From assembly GCA_963784085.1 (NCBI GenBank), contig CAWAQH010000006.1, positions 77,620 through 141,619 on the forward strand: a stretch of DNA of 64,000 nt. Reading direction: 5' to 3'. Position numbers and translations under genes: made by a program. Origin of the DNA: an uncultured Acidobacteriaceae bacterium (lineage in GTDB: Bacteria > Acidobacteriota > Terriglobia > Terriglobales > Acidobacteriaceae). This document shows positions 9,754-18,932 of the stretch, piece after piece (position 1 is the stretch's first letter; every line of letters starts with the position of its first letter). The notes under the pieces were generated by a model that did no database searches, was not told where the DNA came from, and saw only the letters and a program-made list of their open reading frames with translations.

Positions 9754-10272
9754 ATGACCCTCAGTCCAACCGAATTTCGAAAGGCGATGGGATGTTTTGC
9801 CACAGGGGTGACCATCCTCACTCTCGATCTGGAGGGCGATGTGCATGGCATGACCGCCAACGCGTTCGCTTCGGTGTCGCTCGACCCGCCGCTGGTGCTG
9901 GTTTGCGTGGACCACAGCGCACGCACTCATGCCCATCTCCATGCCAAGAAGCGCTTCGGGGTCAACGTTCTGGCGCAGAATCAGCGCGTGATTTCCGAAT
10001 ACTATGCGCGGCCGGTGCGCAGCCACGAACGCGCCGAAGAGGAAGCGCGTTTTGACCGCACAGAAAAAGGAACACCCATGCTGCACGGAGCGCTGGCCTA
10101 TCTGGAGTGCAGGCTGCAATCGGCGAAGACGGCGGGCGACCACACCATCTTTATTGCTGAAGTGGAAGATGTGGTGGTCCGTTCCGGCGAACCGCTGCTG
10201 TTTTTCCGGGGAAATTACCGCAAGACCCGGAAGGAAGCGGCGAGGCGGGAAAAGACGGCCCGTCGCCCCTGA
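9754..10272 (+). CDS. Flavin reductase family protein (NAD(P)H:flavin oxidoreductase, HpaC/RutF-like)
   Basis: From ATG 9754: MTLSPTEFRKAMGCFATGVTILT...GMTANAFASVSLDPPLVLVCV...GDHTIFIAEV, the typical flavin reductase domain. Confidence 0.8.
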   Translation: MTLSPTEFRKAMGCFATGVTILTLDLEGDVHGMTANAFASVSLDPPLVLVCVDHSARTHAHLHAKKRFGVNVLAQNQRVISEYYARPVRSHERAEEEARFDRTEKGTPMLHGALAYLECRLQSAKTAGDHTIFIAEVEDVVVRSGEPLLFFRGNYRKTRKEAARREKTARRP

Positions 10273-10363
10273 GGGGAGCGGCGGGCCAGCGGGACTCGCA
10301 GACGTTTCAACTATATTTGCCTGACGGGCGGGTTTGGGACAAGGGCGGATGTCACAAGGTCGG

Positions 10364-10379
10364 TGTGACGGATGTCACA
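10364..10379. promoter_or_regulatory. Perfect CRP/FNR-type palindrome TGTGA-N6-TCACA
   Basis: TGTGACGGATGTCACA read directly. It is embedded in an 11-bp direct repeat GGATGTCACAA (10347-10357 and 10370-10380), 215 bp upstream of msrB. Confidence 0.4.
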
Positions 10380-10382
10380 AAG

Positions 10383-10578
10383 CAGTGGGCCGTGGCTAGT
10401 GGGCGGTGTCCAGTGGCCAGTAAAACCTATGGCTAACGCGTGACCGGGTGTCCGCCACTTTTGCGGTTTTCGAACATCTAAAGCGCAGTGGGCAGCGTCC
10501 TGTGGGCAGTGACCAGTGAAACCCGGAGAGAGGCGGGCCTTCGAGCTTTACTGACCACTGGCCACTGACGACTGATTT
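10383..10578. repeat. Three blocks of heptanucleotide repeats in the msrB leader
   Basis: 10383-10424: CAGTGGG CCGTGGC TAGTGGG CGGTGTC CAGTGGC CAGTAAA. 10486-10520: CAGTGGG CAGCGTC CTGTGGG CAGTGAC CAGTGAA. 10551-10578, opposite orientation: CTGACCA CTGGCCA CTGACGA CTGATTT. Confidence 0.8.
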
Positions 10579-10593
10579 TCGGAGCGTACTTTC

Positions 10594-11004
10594 ATGACAG
10601 ATAAGATTGCGAAAACTGAAGCGGAGTGGAAGCAGAAACTTACACCGGAACAGTACCGCGTGACGCGCGAAGCGGGGACCGAACCGGCCTTTACCGGGAA
10701 GTATTGGAAGACCAAGGATGCAGGGACGTATCACTGCGTTTGCTGCGGGGAGTCGTTGTTCGACGCTTCGACGAAGTTCGATTCGGGGACGGGTTGGCCG
10801 AGCTTCTACAGTCCCGCGGCTGAGAATAAAGTGGAAGAACACAAGGATTCCAGCTACGGAATGGTGCGCACGGAGGCCCGTTGCGCGAAGTGCGGCGCTC
10901 ACCTGGGGCATGTGTTTGAGGATGGTCCGCAGCCGACCGGGTTGCGCTATTGCATGAATTCCGCGGCGCTGGATTTGAAACCGAAGGATAACGAGAAAAA
11001 GTAA
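10594..11004 (+). CDS. msrB: Peptide-methionine (R)-S-oxide reductase
   Basis: 136 aa with two CxxC zinc motifs (CVCCG, CAKCG) and GWPSF...GHVFEDGP...RYC. Confidence 0.92.
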   Translation: MTDKIAKTEAEWKQKLTPEQYRVTREAGTEPAFTGKYWKTKDAGTYHCVCCGESLFDASTKFDSGTGWPSFYSPAAENKVEEHKDSSYGMVRTEARCAKCGAHLGHVFEDGPQPTGLRYCMNSAALDLKPKDNEKK

Positions 11005-11011
11005 GAAAGCT

Positions 11012-11102
11012 CAGCCACGGATTACACGAATCATCAGATAAATCAATTCCTGGGTTATCGTTATCTGGGTTATCTGTGTAAATCCGCGAGAATCCGTGGC
11101 TG
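11012..11102. repeat. REP-like element: perfect 12-bp inverted repeat CAGCCACGGATT / AATCCGTGGCTG with a 67-nt loop
   Basis: Read directly, between convergent msrB and the bactofilin gene. Related copy at 28993-29075. Confidence 0.7.
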
Positions 11103-11115
11103 CCTTGATCGGTCT

Positions 11116-11619
11116 TTACGCGCTGGCGGTTGTGGCCATCGTTTTCGGCGGTTCCGCGGCGGTTGACTTGAGCGAATCCCCGGTCTTTGCTTGAGGCTGC
11201 GCCGATTGCTGTTTCTGCCCGCTCTTTACCTGGATTCCGCCTTTGAGCACGGCGCCATCTTCCACGCTGATGCGGGCGGTGGTAACGTCTCCGGTGACCG
11301 AACCTTCGCTGCGGATATCGAAGCGGTCGGTGCACTCGATATTACCGATGACTTTGCCCATGACCACAACCTCGCGAGCGTTGATGTTGGCCTGCACGCT
11401 GCCATTGCGGCCGATGGTGACGCGGTTGTCGGGCAGACTGACTTTGCCTTCGATGCGACCATCAATGTAGAGCGACTCGGTTCCATTCACTTCCCCTTTG
11501 ATCACGAGGGACCGGCCGATGGTGGCCTGTTCGACCGGCACGTTGGTGGTTCGGACGGGATTGGGATTGGTATCCGGAGCTGACTTCCCGTTGTAGGGGT
11601 ACTCTGAAGACTGCAACAT
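11116..11619 (-). CDS. Bactofilin (polymer-forming cytoskeletal protein, DUF583)
   Basis: From ATG 11619 (GGAAGG RBS upstream): IGRSLVIKGEVNGTESLYIDGRIEGKVSL...VVVMGKVIGNIECTDRFDIRSEGSVTGDVTTARISVEDGAVLKG, the beta-helical bactofilin repeat, followed by a Q/P-rich tail. Confidence 0.85.
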   Translation of the reverse strand: MLQSSEYPYNGKSAPDTNPNPVRTTNVPVEQATIGRSLVIKGEVNGTESLYIDGRIEGKVSLPDNRVTIGRNGSVQANINAREVVVMGKVIGNIECTDRFDIRSEGSVTGDVTTARISVEDGAVLKGGIQVKSGQKQQSAQPQAKTGDSLKSTAAEPPKTMATTASA

Positions 11620-11828
11620 GGTGACCTTCCTTCGTGCCCGCGCAGTTCGTCTTGCCGGCGGCGTGCGCTGGGTCTGAATTTGGCCTCCGGCTGGTGCGTG
11701 TACCACAGGCCACGCTCAATATTGCACACAGGTAAGTAATCTTCCGAGATTACGGACGATAGTGTACGGATGGGAGGGAGTGCGCGGGCGTATGTGCGCT
11801 GCTCGCGGGCGGCAGTAGCGCCTAAAAC

Positions 11829-12632
11829 CTAGTGAGCTTCCTGTTGATCCTTCGCGGTTCTGGGCAGGAGTTGAACGCCCGCGCAATCCGACTGCTGGAC
11901 CTCGATCTCGGCGATTGTAGATTCCCGCGCAGTAGGATCCAGCTCGACGGCAAGGTCACCGCCTGCAGGCTCCTCTTTGTTGCCTTTGGCGGGCGGAATG
12001 ACCTGGACAACGTAGAGGCCAGGCTCAGTTGTAGAAAACTGGTACGAGCCGTTGTCGAGTGTGCGCGTTGTTTCAATGACTCGCGAGGAGCGCAAGTCCA
12101 AGAGCTTAACAGTGGTGTGCTGAAGTGGTCGGTCTGGCCCGGCAGCCTCGCCTGACAAAATTAATTTGCCGCGCAGGGCGCGAACCGGCAGTTCCTCCAA
12201 ATCTAAAGGCCACTCGATCTCTATTTCCCGGTCAAAATCCCCGTCTGCGTGGATTGTAACTTCGTTGGAGGGGAAGAACAGGCCATTCTTCGCGCTGGCG
12301 TCATACTTTCCGGCCGGCACCGCTAAGAAGTGCGCCGTCCCGGAGGAATCGGTCACGGCAGTGACCGGAGCCCTGGTATGCCCATTTGCCTCTGTCGATT
12401 CTCCGGTAGCAGTGAGCACGACTCGAATCCCTGGAAGCGGTGCCTGACGGAACGAGAGCGTTGCGGAGAAGTCGGATGCGACATCGTAAGGCGTCGATAG
12501 CCAATCAAGAAGGCAGAGTTGTCCAAGTTCCGCGTGCGCCACGTTCGAGTCTTGATCCTGGGCGAGTGAACAGCCGCAGAGAATCACTGCTGTAACGGTG
12601 AGCCGGACTGCGCTGTTTCTGACAATTGACAT
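11829..12632 (-). CDS. Secreted protein with two carboxypeptidase-regulatory-like domains
   Basis: Signal-like N-terminus MSIVRNSAVRLTVTAVILCGCSLA. Motifs VTDSSGTAHFLAVPAGKY and TLDNGSYQFSTTEPGLYVVQV. Confidence 0.65.
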   Translation of the reverse strand: MSIVRNSAVRLTVTAVILCGCSLAQDQDSNVAHAELGQLCLLDWLSTPYDVASDFSATLSFRQAPLPGIRVVLTATGESTEANGHTRAPVTAVTDSSGTAHFLAVPAGKYDASAKNGLFFPSNEVTIHADGDFDREIEIEWPLDLEELPVRALRGKLILSGEAAGPDRPLQHTTVKLLDLRSSRVIETTRTLDNGSYQFSTTEPGLYVVQVIPPAKGNKEEPAGGDLAVELDPTARESTIAEIEVQQSDCAGVQLLPRTAKDQQEAH

Positions 12633-12728
12633 CGGTCGCCCCGCGTCATTCGATTCTATAGCGTAACTGGCGGCTACAAAAAGGTTGGATGCAAACTCCC
12701 AAGTCCGGTTGTCCGCGATGAAGCACGA

Positions 12729-14702
12729 TTACGATTCCTGCAACTGCTCCGACAATTCTTCCCACTCCTTAATAAAGGCGGCGTGCGCGGTCTTCTGCTG
12801 ATCGAGTTTCTCCGCCTGACGCTGGGTTTCGGCGGCGCTGACGAAATCCTGCAAGGCAGTTTCGCAGCGGGCGATGGCGTCTTCGGCGCGACCGATTTCC
12901 GTTTCCAATTCCTTCAGCCGGTCTTCCATCTTCTTGCGCTTGATGGGATTCAATCGTTTGGCGTGAGATGCAGATGGTCCGGTGTCGACCGCAGATTGAT
13001 TGCCGTTGGATGGCGCTGGAGGTGGCACGGGCTTGCTCAATTCCCGGCGGATGGTTTCATTCTGTTTGGCGCTGCCACCGTGCTTGCGCCAGAGATAGTC
13101 TTCATAGTTGCCGGGATGGACTTCGACCTTGCCGTCACCAATTTCGAAAACGCGCGTCGCCAGCTTGTCGATGAAGTAACGATCATGGGAGACGAAGACG
13201 ACGGTGCCGGTGTAGTCGACGAGCGCATCGAGCAGAACGTCTTTGGCGCGCAGATCGAGGTGGTTGGTGGGTTCATCGAGCAGCAGGAAATTCGCCGGAT
13301 GCAGCAGCAGGCGCAGCAGGGCGTAGCGGCCGCGCTCGCCGCCCGAAAGCACGCCGATTTTTTTGAAGACGTCATCTTCGGAGAACAGAAAGCAGCCGAG
13401 CAGGCTGCGCAGTTCGGTTTGGGTGGAACGCGGGGAGGCGGCGCCGAGATCATCGATCAGGCTGGCGCCGGCGTCGAGTTCCTTGTATTGATCCTGGGCG
13501 AAGTAGTCGGCCTCGACGTTATAGCCTAATTTGTATTCGCCGCGGGTCGCCCTCTCGGTGCCGGCGAGAAGCTTGATCAGGGTGGATTTGCCGGCGCCGT
13601 TTACGCCGACCAGCGCGATGCGGTCACCCTTCTCGATCAGGAAGTTCACGTCGCGGAAAACCTCTTTTCCGCCGCTGCGGCCGTCGGCGCGGGCGGGATA
13701 AGTTTTGGCGACGCCCGCGAATTCGGCGACGATGCGGCCGCTCGGCTTCGGCTGCGGGAAGGAAAAGTGAATCGTTTTTTCCTCGGGAGGAATCTCGATG
13801 CGCTCGATCTTTTCCAGTTCCTTGATGCGGCTCTGCACCTGCTTGGCTTTGGTGGCCTGATAGCGGAAGCGGTTGATGAAGACTTCCAGTTGCTCGATGC
13901 GGTCGCGCTGGTTTTTGTATGCGGCCTGCAACTGCTCGTTGCGCTGCGTTTTCTGCGCCAGGAATTTGTCGTAATTTCCGACGTAGAACCAGAAGCGTTT
14001 ATTCCATATTTCCGCGATCTTGTTGACCACCACGTCAAGAAAATAACGGTCGTGGGAGATGAGGACAAGGGCGTGGGGATAGTCGCGCAGGTATTCTTCC
14101 AGCCAGTTGCGGGCTTCAAGGTCGAGATGGTTGGTGGGTTCGTCGAGCAGGAGCAGGTTGGGCTTTTGCAACAGAAGCTTGGCGAGCGCGAGGCGCATTT
14201 GCCAGCCGCCGGAGAATTCCTCGGTCTGGCGTTGCCAGTCTTCTTTGCCAAAACCCAGGCCCATGAGAACGCGGCCAACTTCGGCTTCAATCGAATATCC
14301 GCCACGGGTTTGAAATTCGTGCTCCAGGCCGTGGTAGCGGTCGGCAACCGCGGCGTATTCGGGGCTTTCGTGGTCCAGTTCGGCGAATTTGTGAAGCAGA
14401 GTTTCCATCTCCTGCTCCATGACGCGCAGATCGTCAAACACCGACATGCACTCGGCAAACACGGTGCGGCCGGAAAGCGAGAGGCCGTCCTGGGGAAGAT
14501 ATCCGGCGGTGGTGCCTTTGGCGACGATGAGCGAGCCGTAGTCGAAGGAGTCGAGGCCTGCGAGAACCTTCATCAGCGTGGATTTGCCGGTGCCGTTCGC
14601 GCCCACCAGACCGACGCGGTCGCGGGCGGTGATGAGCCAGTCGGTGTTTTCAAAGAGAAGTTTGTGGCCGAAGCGTTTTCCGGCGCCGGAAAGCTGGATC
14701 AT
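12729..14702 (-). CDS. ABC-F family ATPase (Uup/EttA-like; two ABC domains plus C-terminal coiled coil)
   Basis: 657 aa. Two Walker A motifs (GANGTGKST, GVNGAGKST), two signature motifs (FSGGWQMR, LSGGERGR), no TM segments. Confidence 0.9.
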   Translation of the reverse strand: MIQLSGAGKRFGHKLLFENTDWLITARDRVGLVGANGTGKSTLMKVLAGLDSFDYGSLIVAKGTTAGYLPQDGLSLSGRTVFAECMSVFDDLRVMEQEMETLLHKFAELDHESPEYAAVADRYHGLEHEFQTRGGYSIEAEVGRVLMGLGFGKEDWQRQTEEFSGGWQMRLALAKLLLQKPNLLLLDEPTNHLDLEARNWLEEYLRDYPHALVLISHDRYFLDVVVNKIAEIWNKRFWFYVGNYDKFLAQKTQRNEQLQAAYKNQRDRIEQLEVFINRFRYQATKAKQVQSRIKELEKIERIEIPPEEKTIHFSFPQPKPSGRIVAEFAGVAKTYPARADGRSGGKEVFRDVNFLIEKGDRIALVGVNGAGKSTLIKLLAGTERATRGEYKLGYNVEADYFAQDQYKELDAGASLIDDLGAASPRSTQTELRSLLGCFLFSEDDVFKKIGVLSGGERGRYALLRLLLHPANFLLLDEPTNHLDLRAKDVLLDALVDYTGTVVFVSHDRYFIDKLATRVFEIGDGKVEVHPGNYEDYLWRKHGGSAKQNETIRRELSKPVPPPAPSNGNQSAVDTGPSASHAKRLNPIKRKKMEDRLKELETEIGRAEDAIARCETALQDFVSAAETQRQAEKLDQQKTAHAAFIKEWEELSEQLQES

Positions 14703-14727
14703 GGGCTGGGTTTATCGTCTCATAAAT

Positions 14728-14842
14728 AGCTTCGAGCTGCGAGCTACGGGCTGCGAGGTAGGAGTTGCTACTGATCGAGTGCATGGGCGCGGAGTTCGGC
14801 TTGGGATTGGTGTTCGAAGGTCGTGGCTCGAAGCTCGTGGCT
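14728..14842. repeat. Opposed heptamer blocks filling the ABC-F / NUDIX spacer
   Basis: 14728-14769: AGCTTCG AGCTGCG AGCTACG GGCTGCG AGGTAGG AGTTGCT. 14815-14842: CGAAGGT CGTGGCT CGAAGCT CGTGGCT, the reverse-complement type, overlapping the NUDIX stop codon. Confidence 0.75.
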
Positions 14843-15381
14843 TAGGAGTGCGCGCTGGCGCGGCCGTTGCGGCTTTCGGGATATTTGCCCCACAACTGGC
14901 TGTGGAACTGGATGCGTTCGAGGGCGCGGCCGATTACGGCTTCGAGTTCGTGGGCGTACTTTACTTCGCGGCCTTTGGCCAGGCGCTGGCGGGCTTCTTC
15001 GGGACTGAACCAGGTGGGATGGCGCATCGGTTCATCGGCGCGGCGAAGCTGGGTGATCTCCATGAGAAAGGTTTTGACCACGAATTCCTGAACGCCGCCC
15101 GGTTGCCAGAACACGCCCTTCGAGTGAATGTAGAGATGAAAGTGGCGGGGCTCGATAGCGCCGATGGCGCCGGCTTCTTCGGCGGCTTCCAGGGCAGCGG
15201 ATTGGCTATGAGAAATGCGCGGTTCGGGCGAGCCTTTGGGGAATGTCCACTTGTTTCCGCCGTTGGTGTTGACCAGCAGGAATTCCACACTTGCGCCACG
15301 CTTGCGGTAACAGACTGCAGCGACTTGCAACGGCAATGACCTGGCAATGCGCAGCGAACCCATGAGGCCTCGTCTCACCAT
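14842..15381 (-). CDS. NUDIX hydrolase family protein
   Basis: 179 aa with a degenerate Nudix box: PKGSPEPRISHSQSAALEAAEEAGAIG. Confidence 0.7.
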   Translation of the reverse strand: MVRRGLMGSLRIARSLPLQVAAVCYRKRGASVEFLLVNTNGGNKWTFPKGSPEPRISHSQSAALEAAEEAGAIGAIEPRHFHLYIHSKGVFWQPGGVQEFVVKTFLMEITQLRRADEPMRHPTWFSPEEARQRLAKGREVKYAHELEAVIGRALERIQFHSQLWGKYPESRNGRASAHS

Positions 15382-15487
15382 GTTAGTTGAAAGATATTAC
15401 AAGAATGTTAACGTGCAACAAAAAGTGTGCATGAGTCGGATTACCAAAGTGGTAAGGGTGTCCAATTCGGCTGGTGCGCTCGGGGGG

Positions 15488-16201
15488 CTAGAGTGCGCGG
15501 CCGTAGACCGGAATGGCGGCTCCGTTGATGTCTCTGCCGGCGTCGCCTGCGAGCCAGACGATCAGGCTGGCTACCGAGGATGGCTGCACCCACTGGGAGA
15601 TATCGGCGTCCGGCATGTCTTTGCGATTGCCGGGCGTGTCCATGGTTGCGGGCAGGATCACGTTGGCGGTGATGCCCGCGCTTTTGTTTTCGAGCGCGAC
15701 CGTCTTGATCAGCGAGACCAGCGCGGCTTTGGATGCGCTGTATGCGCCGATTGCGGGCGCGGGCTCTTCGGCTTGGCGGCTGGCGATGGCGATGATGCGT
15801 CCCATGGCGGCTTTGCGCATGACAGGAATGACGGCGCGCAGGATGTGGAATGCGGCGTTCAGATTTGCGTCAAACATCTGCCGCCAGGTGGCGTCGTCGG
15901 TATCGGCGACGGCCTGGCCGCCGGTGAAGTCGCCGACCAGATGCGCCAGCACATCGATGGTGCCGCAACGGGCGACGATGGCGGCAACCACATTCCGTGC
16001 CTCATCGAGGCTGTTAACCGTGGCGGGAAATGCAATGAAACTTGGATGGTTGAAATCGGACTGCCTGATGTGAGGCGAAACTCCGGCGACGGTGAAGTTC
16101 GCATCCAACAGCTCTTTGGTGACGTAGTTTCCGAGACCGCCGTTGGCGCCGGTGACGAGGGCTATCTTTTCAGTCATATCGTTTGCAAAGGTTGGAAGCA
16201 A
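15488..16201 (-). CDS. SDR family oxidoreductase
   Basis: 237 aa. TGANGGLG dinucleotide motif and YSASK active-site motif. Confidence 0.85.
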   Translation of the reverse strand: MLPTFANDMTEKIALVTGANGGLGNYVTKELLDANFTVAGVSPHIRQSDFNHPSFIAFPATVNSLDEARNVVAAIVARCGTIDVLAHLVGDFTGGQAVADTDDATWRQMFDANLNAAFHILRAVIPVMRKAAMGRIIAIASRQAEEPAPAIGAYSASKAALVSLIKTVALENKSAGITANVILPATMDTPGNRKDMPDADISQWVQPSSVASLIVWLAGDAGRDINGAAIPVYGRAL

Positions 16202-16302
16202 TAGCTGGGACAGCCTCGGTTAAGATGGCGCCGGGCAAGGCTAGGCCAGCCCCCCAGTCCCGTCTGTCCCCGCAGTATCACACTCGCATTTTCCCCCGAG
16301 AC

Positions 16303-16518
16303 TCACTCAGTAAAGTAGCCCTCCGTCCAACTGTCTTTGTCTACAATACGCTCAGCAATTTCAAACCCCTCTAGGTAGTCTCTAAACCCGGGTTGTTTGG
16401 CAAGCCGTTCTTGTGCAGACTTCGCTTTGTCGTCGGATGAGTAGACTCCTATGAGTTTTTCGTTGCCCTCGTTAGCACCCGTAGGATGAGAGTGCCAAAG
16501 TAAGTGCACGGTGTCCAT
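16303..16518 (-). CDS. Small hypothetical protein (71 aa) in an AT-richer pocket
   Basis: Track ORF MDTVHLLWHSHPTGANEGNEKLIGVYSSDDKAKSAQERLAKQPGFRDYLEGFEIAERIVDKDSWTEGYFTE. Acidic, no TM. I recall similar small proteins but cannot name a family. Confidence 0.45.
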   Translation of the reverse strand: MDTVHLLWHSHPTGANEGNEKLIGVYSSDDKAKSAQERLAKQPGFRDYLEGFEIAERIVDKDSWTEGYFTE

Positions 16519-16701
16519 TTGTGTTTTCCTCTACGTTAAGACCTCTTCTAGCGTCGCCTTTATTGACTTGGCGGATCCATGAAGCATCTGCCTGCCCCTT
16601 TTGTGAATTTGCGAAACTCAGTGTTCGTGCCGTTGTCCCAATTTCCGGCACCGTACTGCTCAAACTTTTTGGCCCCGGACGGGCTTGTCCGGGGCCGGGG
16701 A

Positions 16702-18809
16702 TTAATGAATGGCTTGGTCGGTTTTGCGGACTGCGGGGGAACTGGTTGAGCCTTCGAATTTGGGCTCGCCCAGTTTTGTAATCCACAGGCCGGAGTGGAT
16801 GTCATTGAAATACATCAGGCTGTTGAGCAGATCGCTGTCACACTTCACCGAGCAAGGTTGACCTCCCCAGGTGAAGGGCAGATTGGGACGGTAGCCTTTG
16901 GCGTCGCCAGTCCAGAAGCGGGCGATTTCGCGGCCCTGGCGGTAGAGATCGCCGCGCAGTTCGCCGGAGATATCGAGCACGCGCCCGCCGCCGCTGTAAT
17001 AGCCCTCGTAGAGCATGTCGTTGGCCGCCCAGAAATTATGCGAGCCACCTTCGGGCACTTCATATTGCGCGACTTCGCGCGGATGCTTGATGTCGGAAAC
17101 ATCCATGACATGGCAGATGGCGCGTACGGGAATGCGGTCTCGGTTGTCGAGTTCGAACATGGCGGGGAAGACTTCGTCGCCGACAAAAGATAATTCTTGT
17201 AACGGAATACGCTGTGCGTGCCGGCGAGCCAGCCATCTCCGTAAAGTTCGTAATGGTTGAAGCGATACTGGCTGACGAGCTTGGGATTCTCCGGGCTGCC
17301 GCCGGCCATGCCGTTGCCGACATCGAGAATGATCAATCCATCGCGCCAGTAGGCGAGGTAAGCGAGGCCATCCTTTACCTGCAGGTCGTGCAGATAACGG
17401 CCGCTGGTGACGGTTCCGTGCTTGGTGTCGAAGGTGACCGCGGTGGGGTTTTCGGTTTGCCAGCGAGCCACTTCTTTGGGATGTTTCGGGTCCTGGAAAT
17501 CGATGACGCGCATGGAACCGGTGGCATCGTCGGTGAGGTAAACGTCGTGGCCGTCGACGTAGGCGCTGTGCACGCCGCCGGTGACGGTGGCGGTGTATTC
17601 GGAAAGAACTTTCAAATGAGCGGCGTCAGTGGTGTCGAGGAAGACGATTCCGTTCTTGCGATTGGAGGCGCCTTCGCGGGTGAAGACTCCAATTTTCTCG
17701 TCGGGCGTGGTGCTGATGTCGTTGATGATGCGGGCGTCGACTTTAAGCGTGTCCAGAAGCTTGGGGCTGGCAGGATCGGAAATATCGTAGGTGAAGACTT
17801 TATCGTCGATGGTGGCGAGGTAGGCGTGATGGCCAATGATCCACTCTTCCGACATCTGCAGGTCGGGCATGGGGACATGCGCGACCACTTCCATTTCGCG
17901 CTCAACGTTGCGCGGGCGGACGACGACAGACGCGGAGGCGCTGTGCTGGCCGCTGCTGGCCGTGACTACATAGGTGCCGGCTTTCTCGGCCACGAACCCG
18001 CCATCGGGGTAAACAGAAGCGCCTTCACCGCTGGTGGTCCAACGCACTGGAGGCTGTTTCGAGTGAGCGCCCACGGGATCGACCGCGGCGGCGCTGAAGT
18101 GAACCACATCGCCAGTGCGGGCGTCCGTGGTGGCCGGTGTGACCGTTAGCTTGCGGACGGAATCGCGCACCACCTGGAAAGTAACCGAGCCGGTTGCCCC
18201 TTCTGATGTTGCTTTGATGGTGGCGCTGCCCGGCGCGAGGCCGGTGACCAGTCCGGCGGCATCGACGCTTGCGACCGCGGGTTTCTCCGACGACCATTTT
18301 ATGGATGCATCGGTTCGCGGATTGCCGTCGACCGTGCGCGCGATGGCGGTGAGCTTTTCCGAGCTCCCGGCGACGACCGGATAGGCCGGCGCTTCGACCT
18401 GGACTGCCGTAATTTTTGAATTCTTCACGTTGACCGTGGCGTAGCCGGCCTTGCCCGCGATCACGGCGCCGACGGTCACCACTCCGGGCGCGTGGAAAGT
18501 AACTTCACCGGACTCATCCGCGCCAGCGAGATCGAAGGGAGCGGCAAACCACACTTGCGGCTTTTCGTCGATCGCGTTGCCGGCTGCGTCCTTGGCGGAT
18601 GCGCTGAATTTGGCCTTTTCTCCCACGTGAACTTCGAGAGTTTTGGGAGTGATTTCGACGACGGCGGGAGCTACCGAAGAAGTCGGAGCTTCCTGCTTGG
18701 CTTCGTCTTTTTTACCTGGGGCGTCCTGCGACCATGCGGCGCGGGCAGAACAAATGGTGACGGCGGCCAATATAAGAAGGATGTACTTGAAAAAACTGTG
18801 TTTGGACAT
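16702..18809 (-). pseudogene. Secreted Big_2 (bacterial Ig-like) repeats plus LVIVD-repeat beta-propeller protein, one frameshift
   Basis: ATG at 18809 (MSKHSFFKYILLILAAVT). Ig-like repeats (ASVDAAGLVTGLAPGSATIKAT), then propeller repeats. Frame changes between ...FRYKNY (ORF 16845..18863) and FVGDEVFPAMFELDNRD (ORF 16702..17160) at the A4 run 17185-17188. Confidence 0.7.
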
Positions 18810-18830
18810 GCGCCCTCCGGGCTGAGAAAT

Positions 18831-18930
18831 CGTCGTTAGTCGTCGGTCGCTAGTCGTTGGCAAAACTGCCGAAACTTGAATTTGCGGCGGTCATTCGACG
18901 TTTTGGCGAACGACCAACGGCTAACGACGG
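18831..18930. repeat. Opposed heptamer blocks (imperfect long inverted repeat) between two beta-propeller genes
   Basis: 18831-18858: CGTCGTT AGTCGTC GGTCGCT AGTCGTT. 18906-18930: GCGAACG ACCAACG GCTAACG ACGG. Arms 18831-18853 and 18907-18929 pair at 19 of 23 positions by my alignment. Confidence 0.75.
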
Positions 18931-18932
18931 TT

